From NCBI GenBank assembly GCA_044892525.1, contig CM097886.1:120962001-121026000 (forward strand): a stretch of 64,000 nt of DNA, in the 5' to 3' direction. Shown piece after piece: positions 39,291 through 51,191 of the stretch. Origin of the DNA: Schmidtea polychroa (taxonomy: Eukaryota). A program made the position numbers and the translations under genes. Every line of letters begins with the position of its first letter. The stretch's first letter is position 1. The notes under the pieces were generated by a model that did no database searches, was not told the DNA's origin, and saw only the letters and a program-made list of their open reading frames with translations.

Positions 39291-39895
39291 CAGTAAAGTC
39301 CCGTTTACCCGAAATCTGACTAACCGGAATTCGGTTTATCCTGACAAAATTTTAATTTTTTAAGTTACATTTTAACTCAGCCCATTAAATGAGTACTTTC
39401 CAAAATTGTAAATATAAATATTGATTAAAAAAGTAATATCTCTCAGCCCCATAGATATCGAAAAAGAAAAGGGCACTATTACAATTGAAGAGAAATTATA
39501 TACAGTTAATCGGCTAGAAAATAAAGAATCAATAAACATTTTGTGTCAAGAGTATCAACAATAGACAATTTACGAAAGAATCGAAGGTTCATGAGGCCAA
39601 ATATTCTGAACCAGATATTGCTTTATTTATAAGATTTATGTAGAAAAGATTATGTGGAGTTCCGATAGAGTGGTGTAAGCATTTAACCTTCACAATGAGT
39701 TATTGATAGGTGATTTTTTCTACAAGTTGGTGATTAGATAGGTTGAAATAGGCATGATGTAATTAATGATCGTATTTTTGGTAAAAACTTTCAGCAGATG
39801 AAAATTCAGCAAGTCTATTTGCTAACAAGTGGAAATGTGTAGCGTGTTAGATATTATAATATGGATGAAACAGAAGTTAATTTTAAAATGCTGTT
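39291..39895 (+). mobile_element. pogo/Tigger-like transposon remnant
   Basis: TA|CAGTAAAGTCCCGTTTACCCG TIR, a degraded CENP-B-like HTH and the YNMDET motif at ~39855. Confidence 0.7.
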
Positions 39896-40255
39896 AACTA
39901 TAAATTAGTACCAACTTCAAAGCACAATCTTTCCGGATAGAAATCAAATAAAGAAAAAATAACCGTATGTTTATGTTCCAATGCGTCTGGAAAACATAAA
40001 CTGCCACCGTTTTCCATTGAAAAATATGTGAGATCACGTTTCAAAAATATTAATGTGAAAAGTATTCCTGTTAATTTCGTTCTCAAAAATCAAAAAATCG
40101 AGCCACTCGTAATTCAAAACGAGTTCGAATTACACGCTCTAGTCGCCGAAATTGAGCTGGAGATTAGGATATTAGGAATTTTAGTAATGTTTTTCTGTAA
40201 CAAGATGTTAGTAAAGAGTTCACAGTACCAGAAAGTAGAAAGGAACGATTCTAAC

Positions 40256-40380
40256 GTAAGTCCTTCTATCGGCCGTATGGGACCCGCGAGAAATATTATA
40301 TGTGAGTAGTGTTAAGACAGACGCTCATCTGCCCTTTAATTTTTCGCCGACGTTGAACAGTACCATTCTGATCGTCGTCG
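40256..40380 (+). ncRNA. Structured RNA motif M4 (degenerate)
   Basis: GTAAGTCCTTCTATCGGC; GAGTAGT..GCTCATCTGCCCTTTA; GCCGAC; CAGTACCA. Confidence 0.6.
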
Positions 40381-41608
40381 GGGGCTCTCTATTCGGTATA
40401 GAAAAAAACATGTACGCTGATAAACTGAACCAAATTTTCAATCTTTGCTAGACCAAGCGCCAACACTGTTCATAGAAGACGTGTGTAGAGCTTTGTGCTA
40501 GTTGGAACAAACAATATAGTATCTGATGAAATGAATATTTAAAATAATTACGAAATAAAAAATGGACCTAAAAACAGGAGGAAAATACTCAGTAACACAA
40601 CTTTATAAACCTAACCTATATAATTTAAAAAGAATGTTGAATTTGTTAATAAAATTATAGTTAATTTATAATTTATTAATATATAATCTTTAATAATCCC
40701 AATTCTATTGTTATTATTAAATTTTTATTGCTATATAATAAATCATAATTAAGGAAAATAACCTAAATAACCAAGAAATCTATACAAATCAAATCTATAA
40801 CTAATCAAAGCTAGACGTTATTATAATTGTACTTATCCCAAATTGTGGAAGCATTAATCAGATGAATGATTTGTTATTTGTTAAACTATAAAATCAGTCA
40901 ATTAACAGCTTATTAAAAGTTTTAGTTTATTAAATTTATTTGTGTTTTAGTTATGACAGCACAATCAAATGTAAAAATATTGGTGTTGCATTACGATATA
41001 ATCCGAAGAAAACTAAAAGGTCAACATTAACAAATCATTGGAAGAATTATGTGATGCATTTCATGTGAATAAAGATTATGCCTCTGATATAGGGAGAATT
41101 TTACCTATAAGTACGCTAATGGACCATGTACAAAAAGAATGAAGATATTGTTGAAGGTGCTTTCTATTTGTAGTAGCATATCATGAACGTCTGAAGAAGC
41201 AAAAATTCCAATAGTGTTTACAGATAAATTGATATTTGTCATCAAAGGTACATACCAGTTGTTAACTGAAATATCGCCAGTGTAAATATCGACATTGATT
41301 AGAATTTATTTAAATTACATTATTTCAATTATTAACACCTCGGATGATGCTTCAAGAAAGAAGCAGCCATTAATCAATAGATGCAATCCTCCGAATTTAA
41401 TGATAATTATACGAATTCCCAAACTTGTTAATACATTTGTCTTTGATTAATTATGAAATATCTGTCCAATTGTAATGCACAAAGGAATATAACTACTTAT
41501 TTTAGAAAGACTGTAGATGATTCATTACTTTATTATTTTATTATCCTTTATTACAGTTTTTACATCTTATGATATTAATTGCCTTTTAAAATCCAAAGTA
41601 TATGTTAA

Positions 41609-41680
41609 CACGTGGAACGTCGTGCGAATCGTATACGATGCACAATACATTTATTTTTTACCGTTGCAGCGTTCAACGTG
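41609..41680. mobile_element. 72-bp piggyBac-type MITE
   Basis: TTAA|CACGTGGAACG...CGTTCAACGTG|TTAA. Confidence 0.7.
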
Positions 41681-41809
41681 TTAATATTCCAAAATCTTGC
41701 AATACTATAAGAAAATAGTAGTGGAATACGCACAAAACATTCGTCGGCAACATGAATTAATGGTTATAATCGCGAACGAAGAAAATGGAGAGTTCTGACT
41801 TTTTGTGAC

Positions 41810-41874
41810 AAGTGGGAGAGGGGGGGGGTGTCAAAAATAGGCAAAAATCGCGTGACGTCATTTATGGACGGCCC
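41810..41874. mobile_element. Terminus of a DNA transposon/MITE (Harbinger- or Kolobok-like end)
   Basis: ...CGTGACGTCATTTATGGACGGCCC|TTAA; partner end not identified. Confidence 0.4.
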
Positions 41875-42439
41875 TTAATAAATATGTTTTCGATTTTTGA
41901 AATAGATAATAAGAAATTAAGTATCACTTTTTTTAATCCAACTACCTCGAGATCTACCCATGGCCAAATAATTTAGATCTTCAATTAATATAACTTCACT
42001 TTATTTCACTTGAATTCAAAGTCGAAACTAAAATATTCAATCAAATTTATGTTTCTCGATTTAATTATATACCATAAATCTTTATTTCATATATTTATTA
42101 ATATATAATTATTATAAATCAATTAATATATAAATATTTACATATACTTCAGAGACAAAAAGAAAAAACTCCTAAAGAAATTTTACTTCACCAGTTCCTA
42201 CCTACTTAAAACATATTTTTTTAATTTGCACAATTTCTTTTTCAGAATTTAAGATTTTTAGTTTGTAGTGGACGATCGACCGAAATTCGTGTCGCGATCG
42301 CCTGGTTGGGCAGGCCTGCTATAGATGAATGGACGTCCAAAAGAAATCGCCGATATATGAATGTCGCCGCATATAACAAGCGTGAAATCTGGAATCTAGG
42401 CCTCGCAAGAAATATTGAGAAATTATAAAAATTTAATTT

Positions 42440-43678
42440 TAATTATGACGATACTGTATGCGTAACTACAGATGGCGCATCTGTAATGAAAAATTATGGT
42501 CACACTACCTATTATTCATCAGTTGTGTTTTACCCACAGTATCCAGTTCTGTAAGGAAAAAATGAAAATCATGGTGATTTGGCAATTGAAGAAAACAATG
42601 ATTCTTCTGATGACGATGATAGAATAGAAAATGATGAAAGTTTAGGTGTCTTATACTATCATGCCCGAAAATGATACAGAAGATACATATATTAATGTAT
42701 TATTATGTAAAATTAGAAAAATCGTAAAAATGTTTAGAAAAACTGCTGCAAAAAATGAAGAAATACTTCAAAAGCATGTTATTGAGGAATTTGGCTATGA
42801 AAAACCATTAATTATGTTTTCTAGACCACGTTGAAATAGCTTATTGGAAAAGTTAGAGAGATTTTACGAAATGAAAAATTGTATAAGAAAAAATTTAATT
42901 GATTTAGAAAGTGATATTAATTTGTCAGGAAGTGACATAAATTTATTACAAATTATAATATGTTTATTACTTCATATAAAAATTGCAGTAGAAACAATTT
43001 GCTGCAATGATGCCACTTTATATACAGCAGATATAACTAAGAAATTTATGTTGGATGAATTATCAATGCAAGATAGTTTTCTAAGTAACAACCTAAAAGA
43101 ACTAATTAAAAGGATTAATGAGAGGAAAACTAAATATTCCGATGTATTGCAGATTTTACGCAACATGAAAGAATGTTTTGATGACAAAAAAATAATTCAT
43201 TTAACAAGACATCAAGAACTGAACTAAATTAATCATGAAGATGGTAGAGAGCGCAAGGATATACCACTAAAACACTTATTGGCGAAGAATCAGAAGAAAT
43301 GGGAAGCGTAAACGAATGAAATGTCTTATAAAAATTATGGCAAGGAACAATCTTCAAAAGAAAAACTATTTTCAACTATTAAAGAAAAATCGCTACTAGC
43401 AGAAAATTCTGGTAGTATTACGGATATCGATATAACATGTAATGCGGCAAAAACACGTAAAAGCAGAAATGATACCCCTTGCATTAAATGATATGCTAGA
43501 GACATATTTTGATGAAGCTTATAATCATCTTTTATCGATAAAACCTACATCAGTATGCTCAGAAAGACCATTTTCATCAGTCGGACTGCTTAGTTCTAAA
43601 ATAAGTTTATTGATAGATGAAACTCTTGATAACTTATGTTTTCTTAAAGCTTTTTTTAATAAAGAAAAATTAAATTGA
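42440..43678 (+). pseudogene. Degraded hAT transposase related to 27010-28911
   Basis: VTTDGASVM, KIRKIVKMFRK, PRWNSL-like, IKIAVETICC and SIKPTSVCSERPFS motifs with many frameshifts. Confidence 0.85.
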
Positions 43679-43693
43679 TTAAATATTTTAAAC

Positions 43694-44172
43694 GGTGACA
43701 GGTCACTTAATCCCCAGTCACTTAATCCCCATCACTTAATCCCCGTCAATTAATCCCCGAGTCACTTAATCCCTGTCAATTAATCCCCGAGTCACTTAAT
43801 CCCCGAGTCACTTAATCCCCGAGTCACTTAATCCCCTTTATAAATTCCTTTATAAAGCATTGTGTAATGTAGTGCTGTCAATTTCAGTTAGTACGAATAT
43901 TTTTGTAATATTATTACCGTTATTGAAATATTATTGAAAATATTATTTTGAAATATTATTACCGTTAGAAAAATGCATCTAGAGTTCATAATAAGTAGTA
44001 AAGGAAGATCTATGCTAGTTCATGAGGGATATGAATTCTGGCTCAAGAAGAAGGCGCTAAACGGAAACATGAATTTTTGGGATTAAGTGTCGGGGATTAA
44101 GTGACTCGGGGATTAATGGACGGGGATTAAGTGACGGGGATTAAGTGACTGGGGATTAAGTGACTGGTAATC
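43694..44172 (+). mobile_element. Non-autonomous Mutator (MULE) element with a FLYWCH fragment
   Basis: Perfect 9-bp TSD ATTTTAAAC. Arms made of tandem GTCACTTAATCCCC units. Internal MHLEFIISSKGRSMLVHEGYEFW (FLYWCH N-terminal half) at ~43974. Confidence 0.85.
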
Positions 44173-44329
44173 ATTTTAAACAGTATAAATTTTGTTAGAT
44201 TTTTTACCATTAAATACTATAAATTATTACATATTTAGTTTATTGAATATTTTTCGAATTCATGTGGTATATAGAAACCGTGTTATACGAAACCTTGAAA
44301 TATTATAAATAAAGTCAATGTGTACCGTG

Positions 44330-45726
44330 TAGAGCATCCAATCCCGGGATCCCGGGAATACCGGCTTATTTGTGGCACCAGAATCCCGGTGCTGAGAATC
44401 TTCGAATCCCGGGATTTCGGTACTGATTACTTGTATGTGAAATTATGCGAAAATATTCAAAATAAACTCAAGTGTTGTCAAATTCAGTACCGAAAAAAAT
44501 TTAAAAAGTGAGTCCAGCAGAAAACAGGTGAAATCGAAGCCAATAATGACGAGTTCGAATCAGAATTTGATCACTACGATAGCGGATTTCAATTAATTTT
44601 TGAGGAAACTGAACCAGAATTATTAAATGAGCTATTACCATTGATAACAAAAGTAAGAAGTATCGTCAGATTGTTCCGACACTCACCAACTAAAAATGAC
44701 GATATTCTTCAAAAATATATCAAAGCAGAGTTTGGTAGAGAAAAATCGTTGTTAATTGACATAAAAACTCGCTGGAACAGTCTTTAGAACGTTTTTTTTT
44801 TGAAGTAAAAAATGCTGTACTGAAATCATTGATTGATATCAAATCACCGTTATCGTTCAATGAAGAAGAAATGGACTTGATTAAGAATTTGCTGTCAACA
44901 CTAGAGCCAGTTAAATTAGCTGTGGAAGCATTATGTCGTCGTGATTCAACACTTTTGACAGCAGATGCAACTATTTCTTTTCTAATCAATAATTTGGGCA
45001 ACAACTATTTAGCTCTTCATCTCAAAGAAGCAATAATCCGTCGAATAAACGACGGTCGAACCAATCTAATTTGCTACAATATTTGCAGAAAGGAAATCAA
45101 GTTTACGACGACTTTGATCTAGACTTGTGTTTAAACTTTAAACAGCTAACAAAAACTCAGATTTGGGTTGGTTAATCGTATGTCCAAACCGTTTACCAGC
45201 GAACCACCGCAGGAATGCGAATCAGACAAAGAAATTGAAATAACTGTAGATGAAGAAGCATTGGTGTCTCTACAAGAAAAACTGGACAGAGCAATTAGTC
45301 AAGAAACTAATTCCAAAATTGTACCAAAAACGACAAAAACAGCAAACGATATAGTAAGTATTGTCAAAAAAGAACTGGCAGTTTTCGAGGCAGAAGGTTG
45401 TCGTGGATCCATACTCTAAAAACTTTACAACTACTTGAATTCTGTACCGCCTACCAGCGTAGAATCGGAGCGAGTTTTTTTCTGAATGTTCAATAGTTGC
45501 AACTAAAATTCGATCATTAAATGATGAAAGCTTAGATATATTGTACTTTCTTCGATCATATTTTAAACTTGCAACAACTGAATTTATTAATTATTTTCTA
45601 TTTCTACTGAATTCTATTCATTTTTGTATTTCATTTTTATTTTTTGTTTGATTTACTATAGCAGTTTGATTAAATCTAGTACCGAAATCCCGGGATCAAA
45701 AAAATTGACCTGTATTGGATGCTCTA
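44330..45726 (+). mobile_element. Internally deleted hAT element
   Basis: TIR TAGAGCATCCAAT, perfect TSD GTACCGTG; fragments KTRWNSL, LEPVKLAVEALCRRD and PPTSVESERVF. Confidence 0.9.
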
Positions 45727-45879
45727 GTACCGTGTTATATCAAAATCAAAGTTTAAGCTGTACTTCATAAATGAAAAAGTAAGTTAACTTCTTACTTTTT
45801 AAATTATTATAAAACAAATAGAAACAGCTAATTACGATCAAAAAATTAATTTTCATGATCGCTCTCATCAAAATATACA

Positions 45880-46240
45880 GTTAATCTAATTTTTTCTCAA
45901 GGTTGGTTGAAACTTCTTTTCTTCACTAGTTTTTTCTCTATCAAATTTTCAGCTAAAGCTATTCCTTCTTGCAGATCAATTAAATTTAAATCAAAAACCG
46001 TTGTAATATTACAATTTTTTTTCAGAAAAATCGGCATATTTAAAAGTGGAGATGTTTAGTAGTTCAATTAGTTCTTCCTCATACAAAGTTTGTTCTTCAA
46101 ATAGTTCCCAAACATCATCAACGTTAATATCTGAAAATTCGCCCCCTTTAAAATTAGAAGCAACAGATATTATTTTGTCAAATTCTACTGTCTCAAATGG
46201 GACAAAGTTTCGTCTCTTGGCAATTTGGGGTGACAAAAGT
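45880..46240 (-). pseudogene. pogo/Tigger transposase C-terminal fragment
   Basis: GEFSDINVDDVWELFEEQTLYEEELIEL resembles the Tigger acidic C-terminus. Confidence 0.5.
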
Positions 46241-46247
46241 TTCCAAC

Positions 46248-46560
46248 TAGGGTTGCCACCTCTCCGGGTTTCAGTGAGTTATCTCTGGACTCTGGGTTTA
46301 AATATTATTTCTATGGGCGACGAAAGTAAAATTGAACATGCACAAAATTATGTCAACTCCATCTTGCGGCAGACGTTACAACTAATACTCTTTCGCGCGA
46401 AAATATCGCTGCTGCGGTGACGATCGACGCGTACTTTCGATTGCACCGTTCATATTAGAACGACGGTCAGTGCTACATTGATGATAGTCTAGTCTAGTTT
46501 GATAATCTGTGTTCCGTGTTGATTGGTGATAAATGGTAAGTTATATTGATAGTTACTTTA
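46248..46560 (+). mobile_element. hAT 5' end remnant
   Basis: Starts TAGGGTTGCCACC (a common hAT TIR) followed by a GC-rich subterminal region. Confidence 0.45.
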
Positions 46561-47510
46561 CACGTAATTAAATTGATGCTGATTTAATAGGCTAATGGAA
46601 ATTCTATTCAATTAATTATAGTCCATAGACCAGTGCAAGAGAAAAAGGATCACTACACCCTTTACGATAGCCCATAAACCCAGAGGCTCGTCAGGTCATT
46701 AGCAGTCCTTATGGTAGGGCTCTCTTTTTGTTGACAGCCACCCGCTTAATCGCAGTATTAATGTCACCTGCGCTGGCGTTTTGTGGCAAATTTAATTAAC
46801 TATGCGTAGTTTCAAGAAATGCGAATATAGTAAAGGTATTGACAGGATAAGAGTCCAGGATTAAAAGATCAGCCCCAAGCGTAAACCCCGGGAGTAATTT
46901 AAAAAATACTAAAAGTAAGTTTAGAATTTCAGTTATCTTTATTTAGATTTCAACCATAGATCAATTTTTTCCTATTTAACTCAAATTTTTACCACTGGCC
47001 TTTCAAAGTTTTATTTTAATTAATTTTAACATGCTTGTTGATTGCAATCTCATAGTTTTTATTTTAAATTAATTTTATTGGATAATTTAATTTTACTTTT
47101 AAAATAATAAGTAGGTGAAAAACAAAGAATTCTAATTTTATTCTAAAATTTTGATAGAAAAGTTCTGCGTTTTGATAATTGAAGATTTTAAAAGTTGTCT
47201 TTTATAAGCTATTTCTAAACACACCTTATTAAATTTGGCATTTTAGTCAGCATTTTGTTGACATTCTGTGATTTTGCGTGATGTTCGTGATAATAGCTGG
47301 TTTTGTTTTTGATAGGTTCATTATGTGGAATATGAAAATTGTATGCGTTTTCTACGTCAGTTGCGTCACATGTTATTTAAATAATCATTTTTGAAAAACA
47401 AAGATCTAGTTCTAGAGATGTAAAATCAATCACGATGTAATTTATTATTTTTAATATCAAAATCAGCATTATATATAGAAATTTTTTTTTTGAAATTTAA
47501 CCTCTTAAGC

Positions 47511-50389
47511 CATGGGTGGGCAAGTGCGGCCTTAAAGGCCGCATGCGGCCTAAAAAAACAAAATTGCGGCCTTCAGAACGATTAGAAATGTATAATGTTT
47601 GCGGCCATCAAATCCTTTATAAGGGATTTTGTATATTATCGTTAATTAAAATCGTTCATTAAACTTTTATCAGTTGGTCATCTCATTCATTTCAAAGTTA
47701 TCACCATTCAATAGTAGCCTACACGCCTTCAAAGACAATATATTCTTTGCTATCATAACGAATTGGTCTCTGTGACACTCATAAGAAATCATGGGTATAA
47801 ATTACATTACATTCGTGAGCAAGAAGAATTAGTTGTTTGCCATATAGAGTAATTGACAAAAGCAGTTGGGCTAGTCAATAAGGAAAGGCAATACCCGTAC
47901 ACACATATACTAGTGTGGTTAAATATCTATACGTGGGTGTGAAAACAGGAGAGTGTGAAGTATTGTTATTCGTTGTCAGATTGCGTGGTAGCTTATCTAT
48001 TATTGGTTAACACTCAGTCGCGTGATAACAGCTGCCATTTTTCATTTCAAATCATTATTTGTTGAGTGGAGCTGCCGAGCATACGTAAGTTCTATTGAGA
48101 CGTATTGTCTTGTCTATTGGGATTACAGCGTTCTATCATAATGACAGGCAGATCATGCTTGCTATTGACTTCTCATGTACTCTTATTCAGTATAATCAAT
48201 TGATTAACAAATAATTAATTGAGTATTGACAATTTGTTATATTCCTTTGCAGCTCATCATCCTTTTTTCTTTCCATGCCGAAACCACCTTTATGTAAGAA
48301 ATCCAGAACATTGGAGAGTGAGAATCGACAATTCAGTGAAGAATGGAAGTTGGATTTCTACATGTCTAACAATGACAGCACAATGATGTGTCTGAGATGC
48401 AAACAACAAATAAAAACATTGAAACGATCTAATGCGAAACAACATTATGAGAGCTGCAAGTCGTATATGAAGTACATGACACTAGAAGGTTAGGCAGTGG
48501 TTGCTATTGTATGGGCATAAATAACTTGTAAATGTTTTATATTTTTCCGCACAAAGGTGAAGCAAGGAAGCAAGCCTACGATGCACTGAATAGTAATCAT
48601 GCAAAAGAAGCGGGATTGTTTTCCACGTTCAAGTCAAGTGGTCACAATCCAGCGGTGGAGGCAACTTACCGTGTTGCATTCCAACTTGGTGCTGCAGGGA
48701 AGCCTTATTCTGATGTGGAATTATTTAAAACATGTCTTCTGGAAGTGGTGCAGTGCCTTGAACCATCTCAAATTCAAAAGTACAAGGAATTGCCTTTGTC
48801 TCGACGGACGATAGTAAGACGTCAAGAAGAGCTAGCAGTTGATATAAGACGACAACTTGATGAGGTCTGTAAACAACCAGATGTACTCTTCTCTATGGCA
48901 CTCGACGAATCGTGTGATGCTTCCGACACCTCACAATTACTTATCTATATCCGTGCTACAACGTCGTCATTCCAAGTCCATGAAGAATTATTGGCTGTGA
49001 TTAGTATGAAGTCAACCACACGTGCACCTGACATTCTTGCCCAATTGAATAAAGTATGCGAAGAAAAACAATTGGACCTGGCCAAGCTGGTTTCCGTGTG
49101 CACTGATGGCGCACCCGCTATGATTGGCAGCACTGGAGGATTTGTCGCACTTCTGACAAAGCAGCTACGATCTCAATGGCCACATTTACCAACCTTAATG
49201 TCACTACATTGCATCATTCATCAAGAGGCGCTGTGTGCAAAGTCTGTAACATTAGACAATATTATGGAGGAAACAATCTCTATTGTGAATTTCATACGTT
49301 CCCGTGCACTTAACCACAGACAATTCCGGCAGCTACTTGTGGATGATAATTCTACTGATAAGGAAGATGTTCTCTACTATTCGAATGTTCGTTGGTTATC
49401 CAAGGGAGCTGTCATCAAGAGAGTCTATGAACTGCAAAACAATATAAAGGAATTCTACTCTTCGAAAGGCTTGGAATGTAAGTTGAATAATCCTTCCTTC
49501 TGTCAGAAGCTTGCGTTCCTTGCAGATCTTCTGGATCATTTGAATGGCTTGAACACTCAACTTCAAGGTAAAGGCCAAAATGTTTGTGACCTGTGGCGAT
49601 TCATCAAAGTGTTCCTGCGTAAATTGAAACTCTTCCATGGAAAGTTTACCCAGAAACAACTGACAGAACACTTTCCCCTACTTCGGGATTTCGCCATCGC
49701 CCATCCCACAGAAGAGGTGACCTACGAGGAGTTCACTGATGTTTTCAGTACACTAATTCAAGAGTTTGAAATGCGATTTCATGACTTTCGAAACCATGAA
49801 AATGACTTGCGCCTCGTGTCTGAGCCGCACTTGTTACAGCCAGAAACAGTGTCTGAGATGTATCAAATGGAGATTTTGGAACTGTGTGAGGATGCAAATT
49901 CTCGAAGCGTTCTGTCTCGTGCACCTGTCGATTTGGTTTCATTCTGGCATGGTGCCTTTCAGTATCCAAATCTACGCAATCATGCTCGCCGAATTTTGAC
50001 CTGTTTTGGCAGTACATATATATGTGAAAGCACATTTTCACACATGAATTACATTAAAAATTGTCAACGTATTGCTTTAACTGACGGTCATTTAGAGGAC
50101 CAGTTGCTCTTAAAGACTACCTGCTTCGTACCATGTTATTATGCTCTCTCCACTAACATACAAGCTCACAAGAGCCATTAATGTACATTTTCAGTATCCA
50201 CTTGGTCTGTTTTCTCTCCTATAACAGAATAATTCTGACTTGTTTTGATGTGTTATTGTAGGCAGTTGTTGAATTTCCTTGCGATATGAATAACAAACTA
50301 AAAAGTACATTATACAATTGTTTTGCGGCCTTGGAAGTTTTTAATGAACGTAAATTGGCCTTCAGGTGTAAAAAGTTTGCCCACCCCTG
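47511..50389 (+). mobile_element. Full-length Buster/Charlie-type hAT element
   Basis: TIR CA(T/G)GGGTGGGCAA, perfect TSD TCTTAAGC. Confidence 0.93.
48275..50181 (+). CDS. Intact spliced hAT transposase (GTF2IRD2/EPM2AIP1-like); intron 48489-48556
   Basis: Exons 48275-48488 and 48557-50181 join in frame (LEG|EARKQ) across a GT...AG intron, giving 612 aa. Motifs ALDESCD, CTDGAPAM, HCIIHQEALC, VRWLSKG and FGSTYICESTFS. Confidence 0.88.
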
Positions 50390-51191
50390 TCTTAAGCGGT
50401 TTATTTCGTCAAACGAGATGCGCTCCTCAGCGGCGAGTTTTGTTATCCGCTAGCGTATATATACGTCTTGGGAATAGTGTTACAAAAAATAAAATAATAT
50501 CTAATTGGATGATATTTATTAAGATATGTTAACAAAAGTAAGATTTATGATATATTTTAATATATTTTGTCAATTGTTGATGACGTATATATCCGTCATA
50601 GCCACTTAAGAGGTTAAAAGGGTTGATCATTTAGTAATTAATTTAGTAATCATTTATTAATTAAAATAGTTTTAGTTGGATTTTTGGGATATGATAATTT
50701 AGTTTAGTGTTTGCAATTCGGGAATCCGGATAACTTGGTATTTAGCCCATTTTCGAGTATTTAAAACCCGGACAATTTGGTCGAATACCCAAATAGTAAA
50801 TTTGGTATTTTTCAATACAATTTATAAAGCAATTTTTTCAGTAAAATTAACCACATTCAGTTCACTAAAATATCCCAAAATTAATGTCTCTTTTTTCGAA
50901 TTTTAATTATTCTTTGCGTTAGTAGTCAAACAGATAACATTATTTTAACCATAAAAATTAAACTGCCCTCTAAACAATTTGAGTCAAAAACGAATTGAGA
51001 AACCTGTTAATACAAAATCTCTAAAGAGACGTTTACTGAAACTTAGCCACGTGGGAATTAGAATCAAAACGAAGTGTTTGTTTATGTGTTAGTGACTTCG
51101 AAAACATCCGTAAAAGCGAATTGTTTACGAAATGTATTTTATGTAACGTTTTCAATGAATGGAATTTTAGGTTATATTTAAGATTCTAAAT

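Larger units (their letters stand above)
47501..50613. mobile_element. piggyBac-type MITE (~230 bp) interrupted within its left TIR by a hAT
   Basis: TTAA|CCTCTTAAG...CTTAAGAGG|TTAA. Confidence 0.75.

Noticed and set aside
43700-44165. CRISPR-like array of GTCACTTAATCCCC repeats
   Set aside because: Units are directly tandem with no unique spacers, are inverted at the other end, and sit within a 9-bp TSD; these are MULE arms in a eukaryote.
46670-46722. tRNA-iMet-like GCCCATAAACCCAGAGG and an M-like GCAGTCCTTATGGTAGGGCTC
   Set aside because: No cloverleaf or A/B boxes; the other conserved blocks and covarying stems of motif M are absent.
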